Below are positions 42,249 through 51,728 of a stretch of DNA of 64,000 nt, piece after piece. The number at the start of each line of letters is the position of its first letter. Within the stretch, counting starts at the first letter, position 1. The translations under genes were made by a program, and so were the position numbers. Source of the DNA: a virus; IMG/VR virus record IMGVR_UViG_3300036761_001580, positions 69,198 to 133,197 of that record; one strand, given 5' to 3'. The notes beneath the pieces were generated by a model. It saw only the letters and a program-made list of their open reading frames with translations, was not told the DNA's origin and searched no databases.

Positions 42249-42499
42249 GCCGAGATCCTGTTCTTGCGGGCCTGGTCATGAACCGCCTTGACCAGCCGGC
42301 GGACGGCATCCCGAGCACTCCACGAGTGCTCCTTCACGGTGTACCCGCACTTCGGGCAGGTGTACTCCGCCCAGTCCTGGGTCTCCGGGACCTCCATCAG
42401 GCCGCGGCGGTGACACCGAGGGCAGTCGATGACCTGACGGATCATGGGGATGGAGTTCTCGGGCTCCGGGGCACTGTCTTCTGCGTAAGCCTCTTCCAT
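42245..42499 (-). CDS. zinc-ribbon protein (84 aa)
   Basis: CPRCH...CPKCG. Confidence 0.55.
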   Translation of the reverse strand: MEEAYAEDSAPEPENSIPMIRQVIDCPRCHRRGLMEVPETQDWAEYTCPKCGYTVKEHSWSARDAVRRLVKAVHDQARKNRISA

Positions 42500-42703
42500 C
42501 TACGCCTCCCCGTCCATCTCGTTGGCGAGCATCTGGAGGTCGACGTCCGCCTGGGTCATCTGCCTCCTCGGGGAGACCTTGATCTCCTTCTGGCTCCGGA
42601 TCGGGGGCGTCCTGCATACTGTACAGATGTCCCGTCCGTCCTTCTGCCTGGGGAACAGCTGGTACCAGGGAAACTCCTTGCCACACTGCGCGCACCTTGC
42701 CAT
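42500..42703 (-). CDS. zinc-ribbon protein (~67 aa)
   Basis: MARCAQCGKEF...CTVC; start at internal ATG just after the upstream stop. Confidence 0.5.
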   Translation of the reverse strand: MARCAQCGKEFPWYQLFPRQKDGRDICTVCRTPPIRSQKEIKVSPRRQMTQADVDLQMLANEMDGEA

Positions 42704-42705
42704 GG

Positions 42706-43197
42706 TTACCTCACCTCCTCTACGGAATCGAACTTCGGGTTGTCCAGACACCAAGCCAAGGCGGTGATGCCCTTCATGCCCTTCTTGGACAGCGCGGGCA
42801 TAAAGAAGATCCCCCCGTTAGCAGCTGTGGGCTGCACCTTCACGTTCTTCCCGCTCTTCGGGCTCTTCGTGATGGAGAACGCCAGGACGGCGAACACCGC
42901 GGTCAGCATCAACTCGCAGCGCACGAGCGGTTCGATCTTGAAGCGGACCACCGCCATCTCGGGCATCTCGTGACGGGCTCCCTTGCCGACCTGCCAGTAG
43001 AAGACCGGCTCGGGGGTCTTCTTCCTCAGCTTCGATTCGGTGACCCGGAGGCTCGCACAAGACGAACCACCTTCGATCCCGAACGGCTCGAATCGGATCC
43101 TCCGTCGGAAGCCTTCGATGCAGAAGGCAGCCCCGACGGGGATGTCATGAACGGCGTTTCGGTCGACTTGCCAGAATGGCTTGTACGGCTGTCCCAA
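42706..43197 (-). CDS. hypothetical protein (163 aa, TTG start) with internal hydrophobic segment
   Basis: Strong GC3 bias; AGGAG 5 nt upstream of TTG. Confidence 0.55.
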   Translation of the reverse strand: MGQPYKPFWQVDRNAVHDIPVGAAFCIEGFRRRIRFEPFGIEGGSSCASLRVTESKLRKKTPEPVFYWQVGKGARHEMPEMAVVRFKIEPLVRCELMLTAVFAVLAFSITKSPKSGKNVKVQPTAANGGIFFMPALSKKGMKGITALAWCLDNPKFDSVEEVR

Positions 43198-43327
43198 AGC
43201 GCACTCCTGTTCAGCGCCTCTTCCAGGCCCCGCAAGGCCAGGCGCATTCGATGTGTGTAGCTGAACGTAATGTACGCCCAGCGGCCCAGGATGATCAACA
43301 CCCCACCCAGAAGAATGATGTCGTAGG

Positions 43328-43663
43328 TCATGATCCCCTCCGCCCCCAACGGCTATCGGTCAGGGAGTGGTCCCCGAGTGCCTGGAGCTTGCTCCGCAGA
43401 AGCTCCAGCTCGACGTAGATCCCCAGGATCTGATCCTTCCGAGCAGCCTCGGCGGTCGGGTAGCAGTCCGCCGGCTTCAGATCGTAGGCCTTGGACTTGC
43501 CCTCCGACGACAGCTCGATCAGGCTGTAGCTCTCGTTCGTGGTGCCCGGGAAGATGATGCACTCGACCTGGGCGCGGGCGATGCGGATCACGGCCTCCCC
43601 GTCCCGAGTGCCCTCGACGGGGAAGTACACGAACCCTCCGACCCGTGCCTCACCAGGGTGCAT
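43328..43663 (-). CDS. hypothetical protein (111 aa)
   Basis: GC3-rich ORF. Confidence 0.6.
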   Translation of the reverse strand: MHPGEARVGGFVYFPVEGTRDGEAVIRIARAQVECIIFPGTTNESYSLIELSSEGKSKAYDLKPADCYPTAEAARKDQILGIYVELELLRSKLQALGDHSLTDSRWGRRGS

Positions 43664-43884
43664 CAGTTGAGATTCCCCCCGCCTGACATCTGAGAGGGCC
43701 CATCGATCTTGATGAGACGGACCCCCTCAGTGACCTCGAACATCTTCTTGTCGGGGTTGATGTTCACGTTCAAGGGTACGCTGAGAGGCTTCTTCTCCTG
43801 CTCCTCGATGTGCGCCTTGATGAGTTCGATGACCTCCTCGAAGGTCAGCAAGTAGATCGTCTGGTGTGAAGTACCCTTTTGCAT
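43663..43884 (-). CDS. hypothetical protein (73 aa)
   Basis: ORF with overlapping start/stop. Confidence 0.55.
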   Translation of the reverse strand: MQKGTSHQTIYLLTFEEVIELIKAHIEEQEKKPLSVPLNVNINPDKKMFEVTEGVRLIKIDGPSQMSGGGNLN

Positions 43885-43891
43885 CTGTACC

Positions 43892-44080
43892 TCAGGCCGG
43901 CTCCTCAGCCGGCATCCTGCGCTCCTCGTTCTTCTCGTACGTCCCCACCCACTGCCGCGCCATCACGTCGAAGCGCAGCTGCCTCGGCGGCTTCCCGTAG
44001 GTGCTCTCGAAGTAGGTCCAAGCGACCTTAGCGGCCCGCGGACCGGTGGGACGGCTTTCGTACGTGATCTGTTTCCCCAT
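43892..44080 (-). CDS. hypothetical small protein (~62 aa)
   Basis: Internal ATG with AGAGGAGAAAGG RBS. Confidence 0.5.
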   Translation of the reverse strand: MGKQITYESRPTGPRAAKVAWTYFESTYGKPPRQLRFDVMARQWVGTYEKNEERRMPAEEPA

Positions 44081-44274
44081 CGATGCCTTTCTCCTCTTGT
44101 TTGAAAATACTCTTCTCAGGTGGACTATCGCTCGCCCACCCGTAATGTGGGTGTATTGCATACACGAACTTGTGGCAGGTCTGTGGCGAGGGCCCCGCGG
44201 CGTACGGCGGGTAGAACAGCGTCGGAGCCGTCTCCAGCCGCAGGACCCCGTAGAAGTCGAGCGGGCCGAGTTGT

Positions 44275-44742
44275 CTAATTGAGTTCAGGACCCGCCTCCG
44301 GAACGGCCACCAGGTGCGATCTCCCGGACTCCCGGTAGTTCTTCTCGCGCTGCTGGAGCCACTTGCGGTGGTTCTCGATCTCCGAGGGCGTACCGAACAG
44401 GTCCTCCTCGGTCACGCGCTCTCCGAGCTTCCGCGGCACCGCGGCCGGCATCAGCTGGGGCATGGCCCGCGACCACCACCAAATGTGCTCCCCGTCCAGC
44501 TCCTTGATCGTGCACAGCGCGCCGTCGCGCACCCTGGCCGTCAGCTCCTTGGTCTCGGCATCGTAGAAGACGAACACCTCACCCGTGACCCGGCCGGCCC
44601 GGTTGGCAATGACGTACTTGCCCGGACGCTCCGGGCGCTCCTTCGTCCACTTCCCGTTCAGGAACGCCATCCAGCTGAGTGCTACCGCCGACTCCAGAAC
44701 CTTCCCGTCCTCGATGATCTCGACTTTCACCTTCCGTGCCAT
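44275..44742 (-). CDS. hypothetical protein (~155 aa)
   Basis: Internal ATG (MARKVKVEII) with GGGAAGAGAGGGACGAG RBS downstream of a class B promoter. Confidence 0.6.
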   Translation of the reverse strand: MARKVKVEIIEDGKVLESAVALSWMAFLNGKWTKERPERPGKYVIANRAGRVTGEVFVFYDAETKELTARVRDGALCTIKELDGEHIWWWSRAMPQLMPAAVPRKLGERVTEEDLFGTPSEIENHRKWLQQREKNYRESGRSHLVAVPEAGPELN

Positions 44743-44782
44743 CTCGTCCCTCTCTTCCCGGGCATGATGCCCCTGCCTTCGC

Positions 44783-44812
44783 AATATAAACATGCCTAAG
44801 CAGGATGTCAAG
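44783..44812 (-). promoter_or_regulatory. class B promoter (TTGACA-N18-TATATT)
   Basis: revcomp: cctcTTGACAtcctgcttaggcatgtTTATATTgcg. Confidence 0.5.
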
Positions 44813-44815
44813 AGG

Positions 44816-45211
44816 TCACACGTCCGATTTCCCCATGACTTCGACAACGTACTTATGAACGTCTTCATCAAGCCACACACTGAGCGGCCGGCACTGAGGG
44901 CATTCGGAACCCAGGGAGTTGCATCCGTGCTTCAGCCAATCCCTCCGGCTCTCCAGGTCTCCGCCCACCATGAAAGGCACGAGAGGATGGTAGGAAGCGC
45001 ACCGGTCGCTGGGGAGGATGGTCTTGATGCCCGGGTCCATCTCACTGGACAGATGTACAAGTACCTTTGAGGCCAAGGAGCCGTTGTCGACGACCACCAG
45101 GCCCTCACCGTCCCAGTGATCGTACCAGGCCTTGATGCGCATCATCGCGAGACGGATCTTGGACTCCACGGGGAGGGACTGCTTCTGGTCCAGCTGGTAG
45201 GTTTCGTACAC
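44816..45211 (-). CDS. hypothetical protein (131 aa)
   Basis: GC3-rich ORF; C-terminal CPQC. Confidence 0.55.
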   Translation of the reverse strand: MYETYQLDQKQSLPVESKIRLAMMRIKAWYDHWDGEGLVVVDNGSLASKVLVHLSSEMDPGIKTILPSDRCASYHPLVPFMVGGDLESRRDWLKHGCNSLGSECPQCRPLSVWLDEDVHKYVVEVMGKSDV

Positions 45212-45217
45212 GACGGG

Positions 45218-45433
45218 CTACTGCCGGCTGTCCCGCATCTTGACGACCTTGATAATGGGTCCGCACTGGAGCTTCGCTTCGAGGTAGCCCCCGCCCAGCT
45301 CGTCGTAGGAGATGAGCTGGCAGTCGGGGTACTTCGCCTGCACGAGAGGTATCATGGGGTTCGTGCAGCCGTGGAAGAACATGAGGACCAGGAACGCGGT
45401 CACGATCAGGAGGCCTATGAGGTGCTTGGTCAT
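45218..45433 (-). CDS. small membrane/lipoprotein-like protein (71 aa)
   Basis: N-terminal hydrophobic LIGLLIVTAFLVLMFFHGC. Confidence 0.55.
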   Translation of the reverse strand: MTKHLIGLLIVTAFLVLMFFHGCTNPMIPLVQAKYPDCQLISYDELGGGYLEAKLQCGPIIKVVKMRDSRQ

Positions 45434-45439
45434 GGTGTC

Positions 45440-46213
45440 CTACCCGAAGATCGGAGTGTTGTCCCGGTCTACCACGAACCGGACATCACCACCAGGAAAG
45501 TCCGGATCCATGGTGGCTTCGAACTTCAGGTCCTCGTCATCCGCAGAGGGGTTCTTGCCCAGCTTGCCCTCGATGGGGTGCACAAGCTCGTCCACTCCTA
45601 CGAAGTGCCAGACCCAACCGCCTTCGGAAGGGTTGTCCTCCTCCCACCAGTAGATCTCGACTTGAGGGTTCTGAACGCGCTCCTGCTCCGCGGCAGGGGC
45701 CAGGAGCTGCGCCAAGAGGCGGTGGTCGTCATCACTAGATTTTCTGCGATATGTCGCAACAGTAAGCGGTTCGTCAAAGGCATAGGCAATATTTACACGC
45801 CCCCAACCGTCCCCGAAATAGTGATTTCCGTTTTCCTCTATAACGATGACAGGGGACATCCCCCCAGACGCTCGTTGTGTAAGAGATCCCGAGAAGTCTC
45901 GATCCGTTCCAGATCCCGCCTCCTCAAAATATTCTTGTGGATCGCTATACAGTAGCGCGGCACCGCGCTCTACCATCATGTAACCAGAACCCAGGTCTAA
46001 TCCGGCGTACTGAGCAAGATCCTCAACAGACATCACTTCGATACGAACCTGTTCGAAATCGTCTGGTTCAAGATTACCAAAATCGTCATCATCCAAAAAC
46101 ACCCATCCAACCTGCTCAATAGCATCACGAATATCTTGCCACTTAGCCTGTGTCCCGGACAGTGCCTGCGCCAGACGAAGGAGCCCAGAGTCGGTGATGC
46201 CGAACGCCAGCAC
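45440..46213 (-). CDS. hypothetical acidic protein (~257 aa, GTG start)
   Basis: GGAGG 6 nt before GTG, which follows the upstream TAG; the track's N-terminal 38 aa are an Arg/Ser artefact. Confidence 0.55.
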   Translation of the reverse strand: MLAFGITDSGLLRLAQALSGTQAKWQDIRDAIEQVGWVFLDDDDFGNLEPDDFEQVRIEVMSVEDLAQYAGLDLGSGYMMVERGAALLYSDPQEYFEEAGSGTDRDFSGSLTQRASGGMSPVIVIEENGNHYFGDGWGRVNIAYAFDEPLTVATYRRKSSDDDHRLLAQLLAPAAEQERVQNPQVEIYWWEEDNPSEGGWVWHFVGVDELVHPIEGKLGKNPSADDEDLKFEATMDPDFPGGDVRFVVDRDNTPIFG

Positions 46214-46214
46214 G

Positions 46215-47639
46215 CTACGCCTCCAGCAGGCCTTCCATGTACCCGTAGAAGGAGGACTCCTTCTTCTTCCCGCCAGCGAGGTCGCTGAAGAGCACCCGGG
46301 CCATCTGGCCGTCCTCGAAGCGGACATAGTAGAAGTCGCCCTCGCCGTCGTAGCGGGACTCGACCACGCACGGGGTGCCCTTGGCGTAGTCCTTGGGCAC
46401 TCCGCCGCCGATCATGAGTTCCAGCTTCTTGTTGAGCGTCACCTTCTGGTTCGGCTCGAACTTGTAGTCCTCAGGATCGATGCAGCCGGTGTCGAGGTCA
46501 TGCCGGATCTCGCCGCCCTCGGTCTCGCGGTCCTCGGCAGTTTCGAACTCCTCGAAGGCGCGGCGAGACCGCTTCTTGCTTCTCGCGTCGTTGAGGCCTT
46601 CCACCCACTGATCGAAACCCCCAGAATCGCCACGGTAGGGGTTGTCCGCAGGAGAAGATCCTTTCAGACCCGCCTGGTATCCATCCTCATAGGGATCGGC
46701 ACTCTCGTCCGGACCGAACCGCTCTACGCTCTCGAACCCGTCGTCAGCCAGCAGCTGTGCCCTCTTGCGAGCCGACAGCGGCGCGTGCAGATCGATCCCC
46801 TCCATCAGCTCGGCGATGTCGTTCGCCATGTTCGGAGCGCCGGCAGCCCCCGCGGGAGCGTGAACTGCGTGCTCCTGCACCGAGGTGAGGATGAGGTCCT
46901 GGAGCTGCATCTCGATGGACTCCACCTGCTTCCAGTGCTCGTCCCAGCCCTCGCAGGTGTCGTTGGTGCTCTGGATGCGCTCGTCGATGTCGAGGATCCC
47001 CTTCATGATGTTGACGGCCTCGGCCTCCTGAGGACTACCTGCAAATATGTCCAGGTAGAGTGGGATCTCGATGTCGTTCAGGTAGGCCCTCTTGCGACCC
47101 GCCATGATGATGAGCATCTGCTGCTCGGGGCTGTTCTTGAGCAGCTCCAGCTCCAGCAGGTTCAGCTCGTAGATGAGCTTCTGCTTCTCCTTGCGGAGGT
47201 CCTTGGTCTTGTCCTCCCACTCGGGCTCGTTGAGGTTGAGGTCGAGCCACTGCTTGACCAGCTCCTCGGCCTTGCCCTCGAAGGTGGTGCCCTTGAGCTG
47301 GAGGTAGTAGTCCTGCCACTCGCTGCCGCACGCCGTGATCGTACCTTGAGTCTTCTTCATCGCAGCAACCTCCAACGCACCGGCACCCTGCCCCAGGGTA
47401 TCGCGGGAAGATTCGAACAAGTCCACAGCCGCCTCGGCCACCAGGGTCAGCAGCTCGTTGGAACCATCGACGTCATCGTCTTCCTGGCCTTCGAAGTTCT
47501 CCAGGTTGATCGGAAGCTCCACCGTCCAGGGAACACCGCCACCCTCGACGACGTGGACCTTGTAGGTATCCGAGGACTCAGCGGCCTCGACCGTCACGTC
47601 GAACCCGCGGATCATGGTCGTGAAGGAATCGGTGCTCAT
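46215..47639 (-). CDS. hypothetical protein (474 aa)
   Basis: Long GC3-rich ORF. Confidence 0.7.
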   Translation of the reverse strand: MSTDSFTTMIRGFDVTVEAAESSDTYKVHVVEGGGVPWTVELPINLENFEGQEDDDVDGSNELLTLVAEAAVDLFESSRDTLGQGAGALEVAAMKKTQGTITACGSEWQDYYLQLKGTTFEGKAEELVKQWLDLNLNEPEWEDKTKDLRKEKQKLIYELNLLELELLKNSPEQQMLIIMAGRKRAYLNDIEIPLYLDIFAGSPQEAEAVNIMKGILDIDERIQSTNDTCEGWDEHWKQVESIEMQLQDLILTSVQEHAVHAPAGAAGAPNMANDIAELMEGIDLHAPLSARKRAQLLADDGFESVERFGPDESADPYEDGYQAGLKGSSPADNPYRGDSGGFDQWVEGLNDARSKKRSRRAFEEFETAEDRETEGGEIRHDLDTGCIDPEDYKFEPNQKVTLNKKLELMIGGGVPKDYAKGTPCVVESRYDGEGDFYYVRFEDGQMARVLFSDLAGGKKKESSFYGYMEGLLEA

Positions 47640-48253
47640 CTTGAGTTCCTACTTGCGGGACGGTCTATGAAGCCCTCATCGGCCTCCTCACGAGGGAAAG
47701 CCCCGCTGACGTCCGTCTCCGCCGGCATCTGGATGTGGGAGAGCAAGAGGCTGGTCATGTCCTCGACGGCCTCCATGAGCCTGCGCAGGTCCTGCTGCTC
47801 GACCGCGGCGGTGACCTCGACGGAGAGGTCCTGAAGGTCCCTCCAGTCGAGGCCTTGCTGCTCGGCGGCCTGGGCCTTCTTACCCCGCCCTGCCTGAATC
47901 TCTATCGGAGGCGGCTCATAAAGACTATCATCAACGTTGTAGCCTTGAAATTTTAAGTGCTCTACAAGATTTGGCGTTTCCTTAATGAACGCATAGGCGA
48001 AATCGTCACCGTCAGCCTCCCACGGAACCCCCAAGATGGCCTGATCCTGTGCGGCCCACATCGCAACACCTGGACCGGAGATAGAGGCGAGTACCAAGTC
48101 GTCCTTGCTCCACTCCAGAACGACGTCCGGCTCTAGCATCGCGCCCTCAGGGTCCCAACCACCACGGTTCGGGATGATGTCGTCCGTCCTCGCGGTGCGA
48201 ATCGCCGAAGCGATCCGACCCAGAGCAGCGCTGTTGAGTCCGAGCCTCATCAC
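47636..48253 (-). CDS. hypothetical protein (205 aa) sharing a ~70-aa domain with the C-terminus of 48250..51339
   Basis: GPGVAMWAAQDQAILGVPWEADGDDFAYAFI...FQGYNVDDSLYEPPP vs GPGAAAWAKNDQSIMGSNWETDGPDFAYAII...SEGYEVNDDDYSP. Confidence 0.65.
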   Translation of the reverse strand: MMRLGLNSAALGRIASAIRTARTDDIIPNRGGWDPEGAMLEPDVVLEWSKDDLVLASISGPGVAMWAAQDQAILGVPWEADGDDFAYAFIKETPNLVEHLKFQGYNVDDSLYEPPPIEIQAGRGKKAQAAEQQGLDWRDLQDLSVEVTAAVEQQDLRRLMEAVEDMTSLLLSHIQMPAETDVSGAFPREEADEGFIDRPASRNSR

Positions 48254-51200
48254 CGAACAGGCTCCTCACCCTCTTTCGAAAGAAGGTCAACGTACTCGTC
48301 TGTGACGTACCCGAAGCCCTCCTCGAACTGTGCGTCGGAGCCGATCATGTGCATGACGTCTTCAGCGCTCATCAAGAGATCACCTTCATGACCTGCGAAG
48401 GTCACGATGTAGCTCCCGTGGTGGGGCTCCCACTCGGCCATCACGAGATGGCTGTACTGGGGGTGGCGGCCGTCAGGCCCGGGAGGGTCCATGTGAATCG
48501 CGAGATCCTCCGACTCCTCCTCGTCCATGGGGGAGTAGTCATCGTCGTTGACTTCGTAGCCCTCGGATTCCAAAGCCTCCACGAGACCAACCTCGTCCGA
48601 GATGATCGCGTAAGCGAAATCTGGACCGTCGGTCTCCCAGTTGGAACCCATGATGCTCTGATCGTTCTTGGCCCACGCGGCAGCTCCCGGTCCCTGCGCA
48701 TGAACGGTGACCATTCCATCGTCGTGGTCCAGGTTGTCCAGGTAGATGGTAAACGTCTCGGGCTCTTCCTCGCCCTCGTCGTCCATCTGAGCCGACCGAG
48801 AGAGCTTGGGCTCGATGGGAGCTTCGGGCTCCTCGCCGAAGCCGTCCTCGGGCTCCTCTTCCTCTTCACGGTTGTCCGTGAAGTCCAGGACCTGAAGCTC
48901 AGACCCGTTGATGCCGGCAGTATTCTGCACCACCTCTTGCAGCTCCAGCGTGGTCATGGTGAAGACCGCCCCGTCGAAGCTCTCAGTGAGGGGGTTGTAC
49001 CCCTCCTCTTCCTCCGTCTTCCACGACTCTTCGAGATCTTCCGGAGAAGCATCCTCTCGGATCCGCTCTTCGAGAATCTCATCCGCTATCTGGAGAGCTT
49101 CATCACCCGAACGCTCACTACACGCCAGAGCAGCCCCTGGAGTGTAACCTGATCCGTCGTGCATGATGGCAACGTAGATCTTCGTGGGCTCCCCGTTGTA
49201 CTCGTAGAGGTTGAACCAGTCACGCTCGACGCAACCCTTCAGGAGCACCACCCCTTCGAGCCACCTCGACAACTCCTCTGCGCCGCCGCCAGGACCCGCA
49301 GTACGACGGGATCCCTCCCGCACCGGCCGGCCCCTGTTCGGCCCCTTGCCGTACGGGTTCAGCGCGAAGCCGTCGTTGATGAGGTGCGGCAGCCACTTGT
49401 CCCGGGAGCAGGTCGGGTACCTGCGAAGGATGTAGTTCCGCTCGATGTGCGAGTACGGCCGCGGGAACGTGTCCAGTCCGTCCTCTTCCGCCTTGACCAT
49501 GTCTTCGAGCACGAGATCGTACCCGGCCGGCATGTACCGCTTCATCGGCCGGTTGTCGTCCTCGTCGACCTCCATCTCCTTCACGAGGTTCGTCTGCTGC
49601 GCGAGCTTCTTGCAGTTCGCAGTGAAGGTCTGCCAGTAGTCGGTCGGGACCTCCTGCTCCTGCGGGACGTCGGTGAAGGAGAAGGCGTTCTCCAGCTCCA
49701 CCAGCAGGTCCTTCGCGGTCTGCTCGTCGCCACCCTGGAGAGCGGACTGGGCCTCCTGCGCGATCTGCTGGTAGTAGGCCAGCTCGTCCGGCTTGAAGGT
49801 GTCCTGCGCGCTCTGGAGGTAGGTCGTCATCTCAGCGAGCGCGGTCGCAGTGTCAGCTGCCGCCCGCCTCCGGCCGAACCTGCGCCGGCCGGTCGCGTAC
49901 TCGGCGATCATGAGCGCGACCTTGCGGACCTCGGCCTTGCCGATCTTCGAGGCGGTCGTCCCGCCGAGCCCGGCCTTCAGGTCATCGAGCAGGAAGTCCC
50001 ACTCGACGTCTTCCGTCCGGAGACCGAGCACCGACATCATCGGGCTGATCATCTGCGAGATGTTGTCAATGAGGGTCTCCCGCGAGGGGGTCAGGATGTC
50101 CTGGACCTGCTGCATGATCGTCGGCTGCGCCAGGATCTGCCGGTACAAACTGTCCGTCGCGCTCCCCGTCTCGGCGTACTGGCCGTAGGGGGTCTTCTCC
50201 CCACCGGGAACCCCCGCCATGGTCGGATCCGTCGCAGGGTTCGAGATCTGCGTGGCGTCACTCTGGGTGGCATCTCCCGCCGGAGGATTCGCCAGGCTGC
50301 TCGGTGTGCCGGGGTTGGTCTGGTCCTGGCCCATGAGACGCTTCGCGTAGGTCGTGAAGTGCTGCATCTGCGGCTCGCTGTAGATGGAATCCATGAGGTC
50401 ACGGTTCTCCCTGCCGATGCCCTCTGGAGAGGTATCCCCGTACGGAAGGATGTCCTGAAGGATTCGTTCGAAAAACCCAGAAGGGTTCGGGTTATTCGGA
50501 GACGTCTCTGGGTTCCAGTAAGCGGAGACCATTGTACCCTGGTACAGGTAGATCTCCTTGTCCCGAGCACCACCCTGGCTCCGCATGTAGTCGAGACAGG
50601 CTTGGTAGGCCTCGTCGTAGCTCCCCCCTTGGTAAAGAGTCTCCCCGTCGATCACGAGTGTGAAGGTGTTCGGATCAGGGGTCACGCCCTGGGCCTGACG
50701 CCGGCTGTGCCGGATCCCCATCCCGTCCGTGACCACCTCGCGCGGCATCCAACCCAGTGTGTTGCGCTCGGCCGCGGCGCGATCCAGCTCCTCGCCGCGC
50801 AGCGGCGGATCGTACATCCGGCGCATCGGCGGCAGCTGGTAGGAGGTGTTCCGCTGGACGATCTCGTCGATGGTGCTCTGCGCGATCACCTTCATCTGCT
50901 GATCGTAGATGAGGGTCGACGGCGGCACGACCACACCCCGGGACACGACCACGGGGAGGAGCGCCTGCCGGATCGCACCCGACTTCGTGCAGATGCGCAC
51001 GTTGAACAGGATCTCCGCATCGACGACCTGGCTGTCGTCGTGGGCGGCCATCTTGACACCCTTCACGTTGTTGAACGTGATCTGCGGCAGCATCGGGAAG
51101 TCGCACATGTCGAGCACCGAGCGCGCCGCGAGGGCGGCCTCCTGGATGTACGCCCGCACCGAGCGGTCGTTCGTCCCGAGACCCACCGCCTTCTGAGAGG

Positions 51201-51339
51201 AGAAGACGTCCCTCAGATCAGGAGCGGCAGACTTCCGGCTCAGCCTCTCGCGAGCCGTCTTGAGCCGATCATCGAAGCCTCGGAACATCGGGTGGTTCCG
51301 TACGTGGTCTTTTGCCATCAGCTCGTTGAACTTAGACAT
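48250..51339 (-). CDS. giant hypothetical protein (1029 aa)
   Basis: Long GC3-rich ORF; acidic C-terminal third. Confidence 0.8.
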   Translation of the reverse strand: MSKFNELMAKDHVRNHPMFRGFDDRLKTARERLSRKSAAPDLRDVFSSQKAVGLGTNDRSVRAYIQEAALAARSVLDMCDFPMLPQITFNNVKGVKMAAHDDSQVVDAEILFNVRICTKSGAIRQALLPVVVSRGVVVPPSTLIYDQQMKVIAQSTIDEIVQRNTSYQLPPMRRMYDPPLRGEELDRAAAERNTLGWMPREVVTDGMGIRHSRRQAQGVTPDPNTFTLVIDGETLYQGGSYDEAYQACLDYMRSQGGARDKEIYLYQGTMVSAYWNPETSPNNPNPSGFFERILQDILPYGDTSPEGIGRENRDLMDSIYSEPQMQHFTTYAKRLMGQDQTNPGTPSSLANPPAGDATQSDATQISNPATDPTMAGVPGGEKTPYGQYAETGSATDSLYRQILAQPTIMQQVQDILTPSRETLIDNISQMISPMMSVLGLRTEDVEWDFLLDDLKAGLGGTTASKIGKAEVRKVALMIAEYATGRRRFGRRRAAADTATALAEMTTYLQSAQDTFKPDELAYYQQIAQEAQSALQGGDEQTAKDLLVELENAFSFTDVPQEQEVPTDYWQTFTANCKKLAQQTNLVKEMEVDEDDNRPMKRYMPAGYDLVLEDMVKAEEDGLDTFPRPYSHIERNYILRRYPTCSRDKWLPHLINDGFALNPYGKGPNRGRPVREGSRRTAGPGGGAEELSRWLEGVVLLKGCVERDWFNLYEYNGEPTKIYVAIMHDGSGYTPGAALACSERSGDEALQIADEILEERIREDASPEDLEESWKTEEEEGYNPLTESFDGAVFTMTTLELQEVVQNTAGINGSELQVLDFTDNREEEEEPEDGFGEEPEAPIEPKLSRSAQMDDEGEEEPETFTIYLDNLDHDDGMVTVHAQGPGAAAWAKNDQSIMGSNWETDGPDFAYAIISDEVGLVEALESEGYEVNDDDYSPMDEEESEDLAIHMDPPGPDGRHPQYSHLVMAEWEPHHGSYIVTFAGHEGDLLMSAEDVMHMIGSDAQFEEGFGYVTDEYVDLLSKEGEEPVR

Positions 51340-51344
51340 CGTCC

Positions 51345-51728
51345 CTACCTTTTTCTACCAGCCCCATGAGGGATGGCTTCCTGCCCTATGGTCACGCGAC
51401 CGCCCCGCTGAGCTGCATGCTGAGCCTCACGCCGCTGCTGATCGGCTCTGCGCTGCAACTCCAGATTGGGCTGCGCTATCGAGATCTCTTCGTCGGCGGT
51501 ACGCACCGCGATCACCTTGGTCGCGTCCACCCAGATGTCCGTGTACTTCCCACCGTTCGGTGGGTTCCAGAACTTGATGATCGATCTCGGCTTCGCCCGC
51601 GCCGAGAACACCGCCTCCCAGACGCTCTCCGCGGTGTTGCGATCAGAGAGAGCCCGCATCACCGAACCGTCGAAGTACAGGATGTAGCCGAACAGCGTAT
51701 CTGGGAGCTTGTCAGTCAATTTCACCAC
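51345..51728 (-). CDS. hypothetical protein (127 aa)
   Basis: GC3-rich ORF. Confidence 0.6.
   Translation of the reverse strand: MVKLTDKLPDTLFGYILYFDGSVMRALSDRNTAESVWEAVFSARAKPRSIIKFWNPPNGGKYTDIWVDATKVIAVRTADEEISIAQPNLELQRRADQQRREAQHAAQRGGRVTIGQEAIPHGAGRKR

Noticed and set aside
43026-43349. 107-aa ORF as a single gene
   Set aside because: Only the first ~40 codons have coding-like composition. The remainder overlaps the better-supported 42706..43197 gene. Reported as a frameshift or overlap question instead.
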